The position numbers and the translations under genes were made by a program. From the NCBI RefSeq assembly GCF_009914755.1, contig NC_060933.1: 64,000 nucleotides of DNA; one strand, 5' to 3'. Source of the stretch: the human T2T-CHM13v2.0 reference genome, Homo sapiens. The number at the start of each line of letters is the position of its first letter. The stretch's first letter is position 1. The notes under the pieces were generated by a model. That model saw only the letters and a program-made list of their open reading frames with translations. It was not told the origin of the DNA and did no database searches. Below, one piece after another: positions 40,801 through 55,850 of this stretch.

Positions 40801-43750
40801 CCATTCCATTCAATTCCATTCCATTACAATTCGTTCCATTCCATTCTATTCCGTACCATTCCATTCCATTCCACACCATTCCATTCCATTACATTCCATT
40901 CCATTCCGTTCCATTCCGTTCCATTCCATTCCATTCCATTTCGTTCCATTCCATTCTATTCCGTATCATTCCATTCCATTCCATTCCATTCCATTCCATT
41001 CCATTCCATTCCATTCCATTGTACTCGGGTTGATTCAATTCCATTGCATTCCATTCCATTCCGTTGCATTCCATTCCATTACATTCGGATTGATTCTATT
41101 CAACTCCCTTACTCTCCATTACATTCCACTCCATTCGGGTTGTTCCATTCCATTCCATTCCATTCCATTCCACTCCATTCCATTGCACTCGGGTTGATTC
41201 CATTCCATTCCATTCCATTCCATTTCATTCCATTCCATTCCGGATGATTCCATTCCATTGCATTCCGTTCCATTACATTCCCCTGCACTCGCGTTGATTC
41301 CATTCCATTCCATTCCATTCCATTCCATTCCATTACAATTCGTTCCATTCCTTTCTATTCCGTACCATTCCATTCCATTCCATACCATTCCATTCCATTC
41401 CATTCCGTTCCATTCTATTCGGATTAATTCCATTCCATTCCATTCCATTCCATTCTATTCCATTCCATTGCAATCGAGTTGAATCAATTGCATTTCATTC
41501 CATCCCATTCCATTCCATTCCGGAAGATTCCATTCCATTGCATTCCATTCCATTCCATTCCCCTGCAGTCGCGTTGATTCCATTCCATTCCATTCCATTC
41601 CATTCCATTCCATCCATTCCGTTCCGTTCCGTTCCATTCCATTCCATTCCATTCCATTCCATTCCATTCCGTTCCGTTCCATTCCATTCCATTCCATTTT
41701 ATTCGGGTTAATTCCATTCCATTCCATTCGACTGCAATCGAGTTGATTCCATTCCATTCCATTCCATTCCATTCCATTCCTTTCCATTCCATTATGGATG
41801 GTTCCATTCCATTGCATTCCATTCCATTCCATTCCCCTGTACTCGGGTTGATTCCATTCCATTCCATTCCAATCCATGCCATTCCACTCGTGTTGATTCC
41901 ATTCTTTCCATTCCATTCAAGTTGAATCCATTCCATTGCATGCCATTCCATTCGATTCCATTCGATTGCACTCGGGTTGATTCCATTCCATTGCATTCCA
42001 TTCCATTCCATTCCATTCCTTTCCATTCCATTTCGTTCCATTCCATTCCATTACATTCGGATTGATTCTATACAATTCCCTTACACTCCATTACATTCCA
42101 TTCCATTCGGGTATTTTCCATTCCATTCCATTCCATTCCTCTCCATTCCATTGCACTCGGGTTGATTCCATTCCATTGCATTCCATTCCATTCCATTCAA
42201 TTCCATTCCGTTCCATTCCATTCCATTACATTCGGATTGATTCTATTCAACTCCCTTACTCTCCATTACATTCCATTCCATTCGGGTTGTTCCATTCCAT
42301 TCCATTCCATTCCACTCCATTCCATTGCACTCGGGTTTATTCCATTCCATTCCATTCCATTCCATTCCATTCCTGAAGATTCCATTCCATTGCATTCCAT
42401 TCCATTCCATTCCCCTGCACTCGCGTTGATTCCATTCCATTCCATTCCATTCCATTCCATTCCATTCCATTCCTTTCCGTTCCATTCCATTCCATTCCAT
42501 TCCATTCCAATCCATTCCATTCCGATCCGTTCCGTTCCATTCCAATCCATTCCATTCTATTCGGGTTAATTCCATTCCATTCCATTCGATTGCAATCGAG
42601 TTGATTCCATTCCATTCTATTCCATTCCACTCCATTCCTTTGCATTCCATTACGGATGATTCCATTCCATTGCATTCCATTCCATTCCATTCCCCTGTAC
42701 TCGGGTTCATTCCATTCCATTCCATTCCAATCCATGCCATTCCACTCGTGTTGATTCCATTCTTTCCATTCCATTCAAGTTGAATCCATTCCATTGCATT
42801 CCATTCCATTCCATTACCCTGCAGTCGGGTTGATTCCATTCCATTCCATTCCATTCCATTCCATTCCATTCCGTTCCATTCCATTCCATTCCATTCCATT
42901 CTATTCGGGTTAATTCCATTCCATTCCATTCCATTCCTTTCCATTCCATTCCATTCCATTACAATCGAGTTGATTCCATTCCATTCCATTCCATTCCAGT
43001 CCTTTCCATTCCATTCCACTCGGGTTGATTCCATTCTATTAGTTTCCATTCCATTCCATTCCCTTCCATTCCACTCTGGTTGATACAATTCCTTTCCATT
43101 CCACTCGAATACATTCCCTCCTATTCCACTCGGAACGATTCCATTCCATTCCATTCCATTCCATTCCATTCCATTCCTTTCCATTCCATTCCATTTCGTT
43201 CCATTCCATTCTATTCCGTATCTTCCATTCCATTCCATTCCATTCCATTCCATTCCATTCCATTCCATTGTACTCGGGTTGATTCAATTCCATTGCATTC
43301 CATTCCATTCCGTTGCATTCCATTCCATTACATTCGGATTGATTCTATTCAACTCCCTTACTCTCCATTACATTCCACTCCATTCGGGTTGTTCCATTCC
43401 ATTCCATTCCATTCCACTCCATTCCATTGCGCTCGGGTTGATTCCATTCCATTCCATTCCATTCCATTCCATTCCATTCCGGATGATTCCATTCCATTGC
43501 ATTCCGTTCCATTACATTCCCCTGCACTCGCGTTGATTCCATTCAATTCCATTCCATTCCATTCCATTCCATTACAATTCGTTCCATTCCATTCTATTCC
43601 GTACCATTCCATTCCATTCCATACCATTCCATTCCATTCCATTCCATTCCATTCCGTTCCATTCCGTTCCATTCCATTCCATTCCATTCTATTCGGATTA
43701 ATTCCATTCCATTCCATTCCATTCCATTCTATTCCATTCCATTGCAATCG
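34810..43750 (+). repeat. Triple tandem higher-order repeat with unequal units (about 3.19, 2.95 and 2.25 kb) plus the start of a fourth
   Basis: Markers recur three times: ATTATGGATGGTTCC 35711/38868/41791, TATACAATTCCC 35999/39141/42069, ATCAATTGCATTTCATTCCATCCC about 35393/38566/41483, CCTTTGCATTCCATTACGG 36567/39540/42637. Confidence 0.88.
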
Positions 43751-45959
43751 TGTTGAATCCATTGCAATTCATTCCATTCCATTCCATTCCATTCCATTCC
43801 GGAAGATTCCATTCCATTGCATTCCATTCCATTCCATTCCCCTGCACTCGCGTTGATTCCATTCCATTCCATTCCATTCCATTCTGTTGCGTTCCGTTCC
43901 ATTCCATTCCATTCCATTCCATTCCATTCCGTTCCATTCCATTCCATTCCATTCCATTCCATTCCATTCCGTTCCGTTCCATTCCATTCCATTCCATTCT
44001 ATTCGGGTTAATTCCATTCCATTCCATTCGATTGCAATCGAGTTGATTCCATTCAATTCCATTCCATTCCATTCCATTCCATTCCATTCCTTTCCATTCC
44101 ATTACGGATGATTCCATTCCATTGCATTCCATTCCATTCCATTCCCCTGTACTCGGGTTGATTCCATTCCATTCCATTCCAATCCATGCCATTCCACTCG
44201 TGTTGATTCCATTCTTTCCATTCCATTAAAGTTGAATCCATTCCATTGCATTCCGTTCCATTCGATTCCATTCGATTGCACTCGGGTTTATTGCATTCCA
44301 TTGCATTCCATTCCATTGCATTCCATTCCATTCCATTCCATTCCATTCCGTTCCATTCCATTCCATTACATTCGGATTGATTCTATTCAATTCCCTTACA
44401 CTCCATTACATTCCATTCCATTCGGGTAGTTTCCATTCCATTCCATTCCATTCCTCTCCATTCCATTGAAGTCGGGTTGATTCCATTCCATTGCATTCCA
44501 TTCCATTCCATTCAATTCCATTCCGTTCCATTCCATTCCATTACATTCGGATTGATTCTATTCAACTCCCTTACTCTCCATTACATTCCATTCCATTCGG
44601 GTTGTTCCATTCCATTCCATTCCATTCCACTCCAGTCCATTGCACTCGGGTTTATTCCATTCCATTCCATTCCATTCCGGAAGATTCCATTCCATTGTAT
44701 TCCATTCCATTCCATTTCCCTGCACTCGCGTTGATTCCATTCCATTCCATTCCATTCCATTCCATTCCATTCCTTTCCGTTCCATTCCATTGCATTCCAT
44801 TCCATTCCAATCCATTCCATTCCGTTCCGTTCCGTTCCATTCCATTCCATTCCATTCTATTCGGGTTAATTCCATTCCATTCCATTCGATTGCAATCGAG
44901 TTGATTCCATTCCATTCCATTCCATTCCATTCCATTCCATTCCTTTCCATTCCATTACGGATGATTCCATTCCATTGCATTCCATTCCATTCCATTCCCC
45001 TGTACTCGGGTTGATTCCATTCCATTCCATTCCAATCCATGCCATTCCACTCGTGTTGATTCCATTCTTTCCATTCCATTCAAGTTGAATCCATTCCATT
45101 GCATTCCATTCCATTCCATTCCCCTGCAGTCGGGTTGTTTCCATTCCATTCCGTTCCATTCCATTCCATTCCATTCCGTTCCGTTCCGTTCCATTCCATT
45201 CCATTCCATTCTATTCGGGTTAATTCCATTCCATTCCATTCCATTCCATTCCATTCCAATCGAGTTGATTCCATTCCATTCCATTCCATTCCATTCCACT
45301 CCATTCCAGTCCTTTCCATTCCATTCCACTCGGGTTGATTCCAATGTATTCCTTTCCATTCCATTCCATTCCATTGCAATCGAGTTGATTCCATTGCTTT
45401 GCATTCCATTCCATTCCATTCCATTCCGGATGATTGCATTCCATTGCATTCCATTCCATTCCATTCCCCTGCACTCGGGTTGATTCCATTCCATTCCACT
45501 CCATTCCGTTCCATTCCATTCCATTCCATTGTATTCGGGTTAATTCCATTCCATTCCATTCCATTCCATTCCATTCCATTCCATTCCATTAAAATCGAGT
45601 AGATTCCATTCCATTCCATTCCATTCCAGTCCTTTCCATTCCATTCCTCTCGGGTTGATTCCATTCTATTAGTTTCCATTCCATTCCATTCCCTTCCATT
45701 CCACTCTGGTTGATTCCATTCCTTTCCATTCCACTCGAATACATTCCCTCCTATTCCACTCGGAACGATTCCATTCCATTCCATTCCATTCCATTCCATT
45801 CCATTCCATTCCATTCCATTCCATTTCGTTCCATTCCATTCTATTCCGTATCATTCCATTCCATTCCATTCCATTCCATTCCATTCCATTCCATTCCATT
45901 GTACTCGGGTTGATTCAATTCCATTGCATTCAATTCCATTCCATTCCATTCCATTCCAT

Positions 45960-48900
45960 TCCATTCCATTCCATTCCTTTCCATTCCATTACGGATGATT
46001 CCATTCCATTGCATTCCATTCCATTCCATTCCCCTGTACTCGGGTTGATTCCATTCCATTCCATTCCATTCCATTCCATTCCGGATGATTCCATTCCATT
46101 GCATTCCGTTCCATTACATTCCCCTGCACTCGGGTTGATTCCATTCCATTCCATTCCATTCCATTCCATTCGATTCCATTCCATTCCCCTGCACTCGCGT
46201 TGATTCCATTCCATTCCATTCCATTCCATTCCATTCCATTCCATTCCTTTCCATTCCAGTCCTTTCCATTCCATTCCACTCGGGTTGATTCCATTCTATT
46301 AGATTCCATTCCATTCCATTCCCTTCCATTCCACTCTGGTTGATTCCATTCCTTTCCATTCCACTCGAATACATTCCCTCCTATTCCACTCGGAACGATT
46401 CCATTCCATTCCATTCCATTCCATTCCATTCCATTCCATTCCATTCCATTCCATTTCGTTCCATTCCATTCTATTCCGTATCATTCCATTCCATTCCATT
46501 CCATTCCATTCCATTCCATTCCATTCCACTCGTGTTGATTTCATTCCTTTCCATTCCATTCGGTTTGAAGGCATTCCATTCCATTCCATTCCATTCCATT
46601 GTACTCTGGTTGATTCCATTCCATTGCATTCCATTCCATTCCATTCCATTCCATTCCGTTGCATTCCATTCCATTACATTCGGATTGATTCTATTCAACT
46701 CCCTTACTCTCCATTACATTCCATTCCATTCGGGTTGTTCCATTCCATTCCATTCCATTCCACTCCATTCCATTGCACTCGGGTTGATTCCATTCCATTC
46801 CATTCCATTCCATTCCATTCCATTCCATTCCATTCTGGATGATTCCATTCCATTGCATTCCGTTCCATTACATTCCCCTGCACTCGCGTTGATTCCATTC
46901 CATTCCATTCCATTCCATTCAATTCCATTCCATTACAATTCGTTCCATTCCATTCTATTCCGTACCATTCCATTCCATTCCGTTCCATTCCGTTCCATTC
47001 CATTCCATTCCATTCTATTCGGGTTAATTCCATTCCATTCCATTCCATTCCATTGCATTCTATTCCATTCCATTGCAATCGAGTTGAATCCATTGCATTT
47101 CATTCCATTGCATTCCATTCCATTCCATTCCGGAAGTTTCCATTCCATTGCATTCCATTCCATTCCATTCCCCTGCACTCGCGTTGATTCCATTCCATTC
47201 CATTCCATTCGATTCCATTCCATTCCATTCCGTTCCGTTCCATTCCATTCCATTCCATTCCATTCCATTCCATTCCGTTCCGTTCCATTCCATTCCATTC
47301 CATTCTATTCGGGTTAATTCCATTCCATTCCATTCGATTGCAATCGAGTTGATTCCATTCCATTCCATTCCATTCCATTCCATTCCATTCCATTCCTTTC
47401 CATTCCATTACGGATGATTCCATTCCATTGCATTCCATTCCATTCCATTCCCCTGTACTCGGGTTGATTCCATTCCATTCCATTCCAATCCATGCCATTC
47501 CACTCGTGTTGATTCCATTCTTTCCATTCCATTCAAGTTGAATCCATTCCATTGCATTCCATTCCATTCGATTCCATTCGATTGCACTCGGGTTGATTCC
47601 ATTCCATTGCATTCCATTCCATTCCATTCCATTCCATTCCATTCCGTTCCTTTCCATTTCATTACATTCAGATTGATTCTATTCAATTCCCTTACACTCC
47701 ATTATATTCCAATCCATTCTGGTTGTTTCCATTCCATTCCATTCCATTTCACTCCATTCCATTGCACTCGGGTTGATTCCATTCCATTCCATTCCATTGC
47801 ATTCCATTCCATTCCATTCCGGATGATTCCATTCCGTTGCATTCCTTTCCATACCATTCCCCTACACTCGGGTTGATTCCATTCTATTCCATTCCATTCC
47901 ATTACATTCCGTTCCATTCCATTCCATTCCATTCGGATTGATTCTATTCAATTCCCTTACACTCCATTACATTCCATTCCATTCGGGTAGTTTCCATTCC
48001 ATTCCATTCCATTCCTCTCCATTCCATTGCACTCGGGTTGATTCCATTCCATTCCATTCCATTACATTACATTACATTACATTACATTACATTCCATTCC
48101 ATTCCGTTCCATTGTACTCGGGTTGATTCCATTCCATTGCATTCCATTCCATTCCATTCCATTCCATTCCATTCCGTTCCATTCCATTACATTCGGATTG
48201 ATTCTATTCAACTCCCTAACTCTCCATTACATTCCATTCCAATCGGGTTGTTCCATTCCATTCCATTCCATTCCACTCCATTCCATTGCACTCGGGTTGA
48301 TTCCATTCCATTCCATTCCATTCAATTCCATTCCATTCAATTCCGGATGATTCCATTCCATTGCATTCCGTTCCATTACATTCCCCTGCACTCGGGTTAA
48401 TTCCATTCCATTCCATTCCATTCCATTCGATTCCATTCCATTCCAATTCTTTCCATTCCTTTCTATTCCGTACCATTCCATTCCATTCCATACAATTCCA
48501 TTCCATTCCATTCCACTCCGTTCCGTTCCGTTCCGTTCCGTTCCATTCCATTCCATTCCATTCTATTCGGTTAAATTCCATTCCATTCCATTCCATTCCA
48601 TTCTATTCCATTCCATTGCAATCTAGTTGAATCCATTGCATTCCATTCCATTCCATTCCATTCCATTCCATTCCATTCCATTCCGTAAGATTCCATTCCA
48701 TTGCATTCCATTCCATTCCATTCCATTCCATTCCATTCCATTCCATTCCATTCCATTCCATTGTACTCGGGTTGATTCCATTCCATTGCATTCCATTCCA
48801 TTCCATTCCATTCCATTCCATTCCGTTCCATTCCATTCCATTACATTCGGATTGATTCTTTTCAACTCCCTTACTCTCCATTTCATTCCATTCCATTCGG

Positions 48901-51900
48901 GTTGTTCCATTCCATTCCATTCCATTCCACTCCATTCCATTGCACTCGGGTTGATTCCATTCCATTCCATTCCATTCCATTCCATTCCGGATGATTCCAT
49001 TCCATTGCATTCCGTTCCATTACATTCCCCTGCACTCTCGTTGATTCCATTCAATTCCATTCCATTCCATTCCATTCCATTCCATTACAATTCGTTCCAT
49101 TCCATTCTATTCCGTACCATTCCATTCCATTCCATACCATTCCATTCCATTCCATTCCATTCCATTCCGTTCCATTGCGTTCCATTCCATTCCATTCCAC
49201 TCTATTCGGATTAATTCCATTCCATTCCATTCTATTCCATTCCATTGCAATCGAGTTGAATCCATTGCATTTCATTCCATTCCATTCCATTCCATTCCAT
49301 TCCGGAAGATTCCATTCCATTGCATTCCATTCCATTCCATTCCCCTGCACTCGCGTTGATTCCATTCCATTCCATTCCATTCCATTCCATTCCATTCCGT
49401 TCCGTTCCATTCCATTCCATTCCATTCCGTTCCATTCCATTCCATTCCATTCCATTCCATTCCATTCCATTCCGTTCCGTTCCGTTCCATTCCATTCCAT
49501 TCCATTCTATTCGGGTTAATTCCATTCCATTCCATTCGATTGCAATCGAGTTGATTCCATTCAATTCCATTCCATTCCATTCCATTCCATTCCATTCCTT
49601 TCCATTCCATTACGGATGATTCCATTCCATTGCATTCCATTCCATTCCATTCCCCTGTACTCGGGTTCATTCCATTCCATTCCATTCCAATCCATGCCAT
49701 TCCACTCGTGTTGATTCCATTCTTTCCATTCCATTCAAGTTGAATCCATTCCATTGCATTCCATTCCATTCGATTCCATTCGATTGCACTCGGGTTGATT
49801 GCATTCCATTGCATTCCATTCCATTCCATTCCATTCCATTCCATTCCATTCCATTCCGTTCCATTCCATTCCATTACATTCGGATTGATTCTATTCAATT
49901 CCCTTACACTCCATTACATTCCATTCCATTCGGGTAGTTTCCATTCCATTCCATTCTATTCCTCTCCTTTCCATTGCACTCGGGTTGATTCCATTCCATT
50001 GCATTCCATTCCATTCCATTCAATTCCATTCCGTTCTATTCCATTCCATTATTTTCGGATTGATTCTATTCAACTCCCTTACTCTCCATTACATTCCATT
50101 CCATTCGGGTTGTTCCATTCCATTCCATTCCATTCCACTCCATTCCATTGCACTCGGGTTGATTCCATTCCATTCCATTCCATTCCATTCCATTTCATTC
50201 CATTCCGGAAGATTCCATTCCATTGCATTCCATTCCATTCCATTCCCCTGCACTCGCGTTTATTCCATTCCATTCCATTCTATTCCATTCCATTCCCTTC
50301 CTTTCCATTCCATTCCATTCCATTCCATTCCATTCCATTCCATTCCATTCTATTCCGTTCCGTTCCATTCCATTCCATTCCATTCTATTCGGTTAATTCC
50401 ATTCCAGTCCATTCGATTGCAATCGAGTTGATTCCATTCCATTCCATTCCATTCCATTCCATTCCATTCCATTCCTTTCCATTCCATTACGGATGATTCC
50501 ATTCCATTGCATTCCATTCCATTCCATTCCCCTGTACTCGGGTTGATTCCATTCCATTCCGTTCCATTCCATTCCATTCCGGATGATTCCATTCCATTGC
50601 ATTCCGTTCCATTACATTCCCCTGCACTCGGGTTGATTCCATTCCATTCCATTCCATTCCATTCCATTCGATTCCATTCCATTCCCCTGCACTCGCGTTG
50701 ATTCCATTCCATTCCATTCCATTCCATTCCATTCCATTCCTTTCCATTCCAGTCCTTTCCATTCCATTCCACTCGGGTTGATTCCATTCTATTAGATTCC
50801 ATTCCATTCCATTCCCTTCCATTCCACTCTGGTTGATTCCATTCCTTTCCATTCCACTCGAATACATTCCCTCCTATTCCACTCGGAACGATTCCATTCC
50901 ATTCCATTCCATTCCATTCCATTCCATTCCATTCCATTCCATTCCATTCCATTTCGTTCCATTCCATTCTATTCCGTATCATTCCATTCCATTCCATTCC
51001 ATTCCATTCCATTCCATTCCATTCCACTCGTGTTGATTTCATTCCTTTCCATTCCATTCGGTTTGAAGGCATTCCATTCCATTCCATTCCATTCCATTGT
51101 ACTCTGGTTGATTCCATTCCATTGCATTCCATTCCATTCCATTCCATTCCATTCCGTTGCATTCCATTCCATTACATTCGGATTGATTCTATTCAACTCC
51201 CTTACACTCCATTACATTCCATTCCATTCGGGTTGTTCCATTCCATTCCATTCCACTCCATTCCATTGCACTCGGGTTGATTCCATTCCATTCCATTCCA
51301 TTCCATTCCATTCCATTCTGGATGATTCCATTCCATTGCATTCCGTTCCATTACATTCCCCTGCACTCGCGTTGATTCCATTCCATTCCATTCCATTCCA
51401 TTCAATTCCATTCCATTACAATTCGTTCCATTCCATTCTATTCCGTACCATTCCATTCCATTCCATACCATTCCATTCCATTCCATTCCATTCCATTCCG
51501 TTCCATTCCGTTCCATTCCATTCCATTCCATTCTATTCGGGTTAATTCCATTCCATTCCATTCCATTCCATTGCATTCTATTCCATTCCATTGCAATCGA
51601 GTTGAATCCATTGCATTTCATTCCATTGCATTCCATTCCATTCCATTCCGGAAGTTTCCATTCCATTGCATTCCATTCCATTCCATTCCCCTGCACTCGC
51701 GTTGATTCCATTCCATTCCATTCCATTCGATTCCATTCCATTCCATTCCGTTCCGTTCCATTCCATTCCATTCCATTCCATTCCATTCCATTCCATTCCG
51801 TTCCGTTCCATTCCATTCCATTCCATTCTATTCGGGTTAATTCCATTCCATTCCATTCGATTGCAATCGAGTTGATTCCATTCCATTCCATTCCATTCCA

Positions 51901-53500
51901 TTCCATTCCATTCCATTCCATTCCTTTCCATTCCATTACGGATGATTCCATTCCATTGCATTCCATTCCATTCCATTCCCCTGTACTCGGGTTGATTCCA
52001 TTCCATTCCATTCCAACCCATGCCATTCCACTCGTGTTGATTCCATTCTTTCCATTCCATTCAAGTTGAATCCATTCCATTGCATTCCATTCCATTCGAT
52101 TCCATTCGATTGCACTCGGGTTGATTCCATTCCATTGCATTCCATTCCATTCCATTCCATTCCATTCCATTCCGTTCCTTTCCATTTCATTACATTCAGA
52201 TTGATTCTATTCAATTCCCTTACACTCCATTATATTCCAATCCATTCTGGTTGTTTCCATTCCATTCCATTCCATTTCACTCCATTCCATTGCACTCGGG
52301 TTGATTCCATTCCATTCCATTCCATTGCATTCCATTCCATTCCATTCCGGATGATTCCATTCCGTTGCATTCCTTTCCATACCATTCCCCTACACTCGGG
52401 TTGATTCCATTCTATTCCATTCCATTCCATTACATTCCGTTCCATTCCATTCCATTCCATTCGGATTGATTCTATTCAATTCCCTTACACTCCATTACAT
52501 TCCATTCCATTCGGGTAGTTTCCATTCCATTCCATTCCATTCCTCTCCATTCCATTGCACTCGGGTTGATTCCATTCCATTCCATTCCATTACATTACAT
52601 TACATTCCATTACATTCCATTCCATTCCGTTCCATTGTACTCGGGTTGATTCCATTCCATTGCATTCCATTCCATTCCATTCCATTCCATTCCATTCCGT
52701 TCCATTCCATTACATTCGGATTGATTCTATTCAACTCCCTAACTCTCCATTACATTCCATTCCAATCGGGTTGTTCCATTCCATTCCATTCCATTCCACT
52801 CCATTCCATTGCACTCGGGTTGATTCCATTCCATTCCATTCCATTCAATTCCATTCCATTCAATTCCGGATGATTCCATTCCATTGCATTCCGTTCCATT
52901 ACATTCCCCTGCACTCGGGTTAATTCCATTCCATTCCATTCCATTCCATTCGATTCCATTCCATTCCAATTCTTTCCATTCCATTCTATTCCGTACCATT
53001 CCATTCCATTCCATACAATTCCATTCCATTCCATTCCACTCCGTTCCGTTCCGTTCCGTTCCATTCCATTCCATTCCATTCTATTCGGTTAAATTCCATT
53101 CCATTCCATTCCATTCCATTCTATTCCATTCCATTGCAATCTAGTTGAATCCATTGCATTCCATTCCATTCCATTCCATTCCATTCCATTCCATTCCATT
53201 CCGTAAGATTCCATTCCATTGCATTCCATTCCATTCCATTCCATTCCATTCCATTCCATTCCATTCCATTCCATTCCATTCCATTCCATTGTACTCGGGT
53301 TGATTCCATTCAATTGCATTCCATTCCATTCCATTCCATTCCATTCCATTCCGTTCCATTCCATTCCATTACATTCGGATTGATTCTTTTCAACTCCCTT
53401 ACTCTCCATTTCATTCCATTCCATTCGGGTTGTTCCATTCCATTCCATTCCATTCCACTCCATTCCATTGCACTCGGGTTGATTCCATTCCATTCCATTC
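45960..53500 (+). repeat. About 3.0-kb direct duplication at about 4.5-kb spacing (about 45960-48980 and 50460-53500)
   Basis: Shared variants: ATTAGATTCC 46298/50791, CGGTTTGAAGGC 46561/51059, GGAAGTTTCC 47132/51650, CCCCTACACTC about 47859/52387, CCGTAAGATT 48683/53201. Confidence 0.9.
48061..48090 (+). repeat. (ATTAC)6 variant-pentamer micro-array
   Basis: Six consecutive ATTAC units read directly. Confidence 0.9.
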
Positions 53501-55589
53501 CATTCCATTCCATTCCATTCCATTCCATTCCATTCCATTCCATTCCGTTCCGTTCCATTCCATTCCATTCCATTCTATTCGGGTTAATTCCATTCCATTC
53601 CATTCCATTCCATTCCATTCCAATCGAGTTGATTCCATTCCATTCCATTCCATTCCATTCCATTCCACTCCATTCCAGTCCTTTCCATTCCATTCCACTC
53701 GGCTTGATTCCAATGTACTCCTTTCCATTCCATTCCATTCCATTGCAATCGAGTAGATTCCATTGCTTTGCATTCCATTCCATTCCATTCCATTCCGGAT
53801 GATTCCATTCCATTGCATTCCATTCCATTCCATTCATCTGCACTCGTGTTGATTCCATTCCATTCCACTCCATTCCGTTCCATTCCATTCCATTCCATTG
53901 TATTCGGGTTAACTCCATTCCGTTCCATTCCATTCCATTCCATTCCATTACAATCGAGTTGATTCCATTCCATTCCATTCCATTCCAGTCCTTTCGATTC
54001 CATTCCACTCGGGTTGATTCCATTCTATTAGTTTCCATTCCATTCCATTCCCTTCCATTCCACTCTGGTTGATACAATTCCTTTCCATTCCACTCGAATA
54101 CATTCCCTCCTATTCCACTCGGAACGATTCCATTCCATTCCATTCCATTCCATTCCATTCCATTCCATTTCGTTCCATTCCATTCTATTCCGTATCATTC
54201 CATTCCATTCCATTCCATTCCATTCCATTCCATGGTACTCGGGTTGATTCAATTCCATTGCATTCCATGCCATTCCATTCCATTCCATTCCGTTGCATTC
54301 CATTCCATTACATTCGGATTCATTCTATTCAACTCCCTTACACTCCATTACATTCCATTCCATTCGGGTTTTTCCATTCCATTCCATTCCATTCCACTCC
54401 ATTCCATTGCACTCGGGTTCATTCCATTCAATTCCATTCCATTCCATTCCATTCCGGATGATTCCATACCATTGCATTCCTTTCCATTACATTCCCCTGC
54501 ACTCGCGTTGATTCCATTCCATTCCATTCCATTCCATTCCATTCCATTACAATTCGTTCCATTCCATTCTATTCCGTACCATTCCATTCCATTCCATACC
54601 ATTCCATTCCATTCCATTCCATTCCATTCCGTTCCATTCCGTTCCATTCCATTCCATTCCATTCTATTCGGATTAATTCCATTCCATTCCATTCCATTCC
54701 ATTCTATTCCATTCCATTGCAATCGAGTTGAATCCATTGCATTTCATTCCATTCCATTCCATTCCGGAAGATTCCATTCCATTGCATTCCATTCCATTCC
54801 ATTCCCCTGCACTCGCATTGATTCCATTCCATTCCATTCCATTCCATTCCATTCCATTCCGTTCCGTTCCATTCCATTCCATTCCATTCCATTCCATTCC
54901 GTTCCATTCCATTCCATTCCATTCTATTCGGGTTAATTCCATTCCATTCCATTCGATTGCAATCGAGTTGATTCCATTCCATTCCATTCCATTCCATTCC
55001 ATTCCATTCCATTCCTTTCCATTCCATTACGGATGATTACATTCCATTGCATTCCATTCCATTCCATTCCCCTGTACTCGGGTTGATTCCATACCATTCC
55101 ATTCCAATCCCTGCCATTCCACTCGTGTTTATTCCATTCTTTCCATTCCATTCAAGTTGAATCCATTCCATTGCATTCCATTCCATTCGATTCCATTTGA
55201 TTGCACTTGGGTTGATTCCATTCCATTGCATTCCATTCCATTCCATTCCATTCCATTCCATTCCGTTCCATTCCATTCCATTACATTCGGATTGATTCTA
55301 TTCAATTCCCTTACACTCCATTACATTCCATTCCATTCGTGTAGTTTCCATTCCATTCCATTCCATTCCTCTCCATTCCATTGCACTAGGGTTGATTCCA
55401 TTCCATTGCATTCCATTCCATTCCATTCAATTCCATTCCGTTCCATTCCATTCCATTACATTCGGATTGATTCTATTCAACTCCCTTACTCTCCATTCCA
55501 TTCCATTCCATTCGGGTTGTTCCATTCCATTCAATTCCATTCCACTCCATTCCATTGCACTCGGGTTGATTCCATTCCATTCCATTCCA

Positions 55590-55850
55590 TTCCATTCCAT
55601 TCCATTCCGGAAGATTCCATTCCATTGCATTCCATTCCATTCCATTCCCCTGCACTCGCGTTGATTCCATTCCATTCCATTCTATTCCATTCCATTCCCT
55701 TCCATTCCGTTCCATTCCATTCCATTCCATTCCATTCCGGAAGATTCCATTCCATTGCATTCCATTCCATTCCATTCCCCTGTACTCGCGTTGATTCCAT
55801 TCCATTCCATTCTATTCCATTCCATTCCCTTCCTTTCCGTTCCATTCCAT
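55590..55850 (+). repeat. 130-bp tandem duplication containing two HSE motifs
   Basis: ATTCCGGAAGATTCC at 55604/55734, CCTG(C/T)ACTCGCG at 55649/55779, TCTATTCCATTCCATTCCCTT at 55681/55811. Confidence 0.85.
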
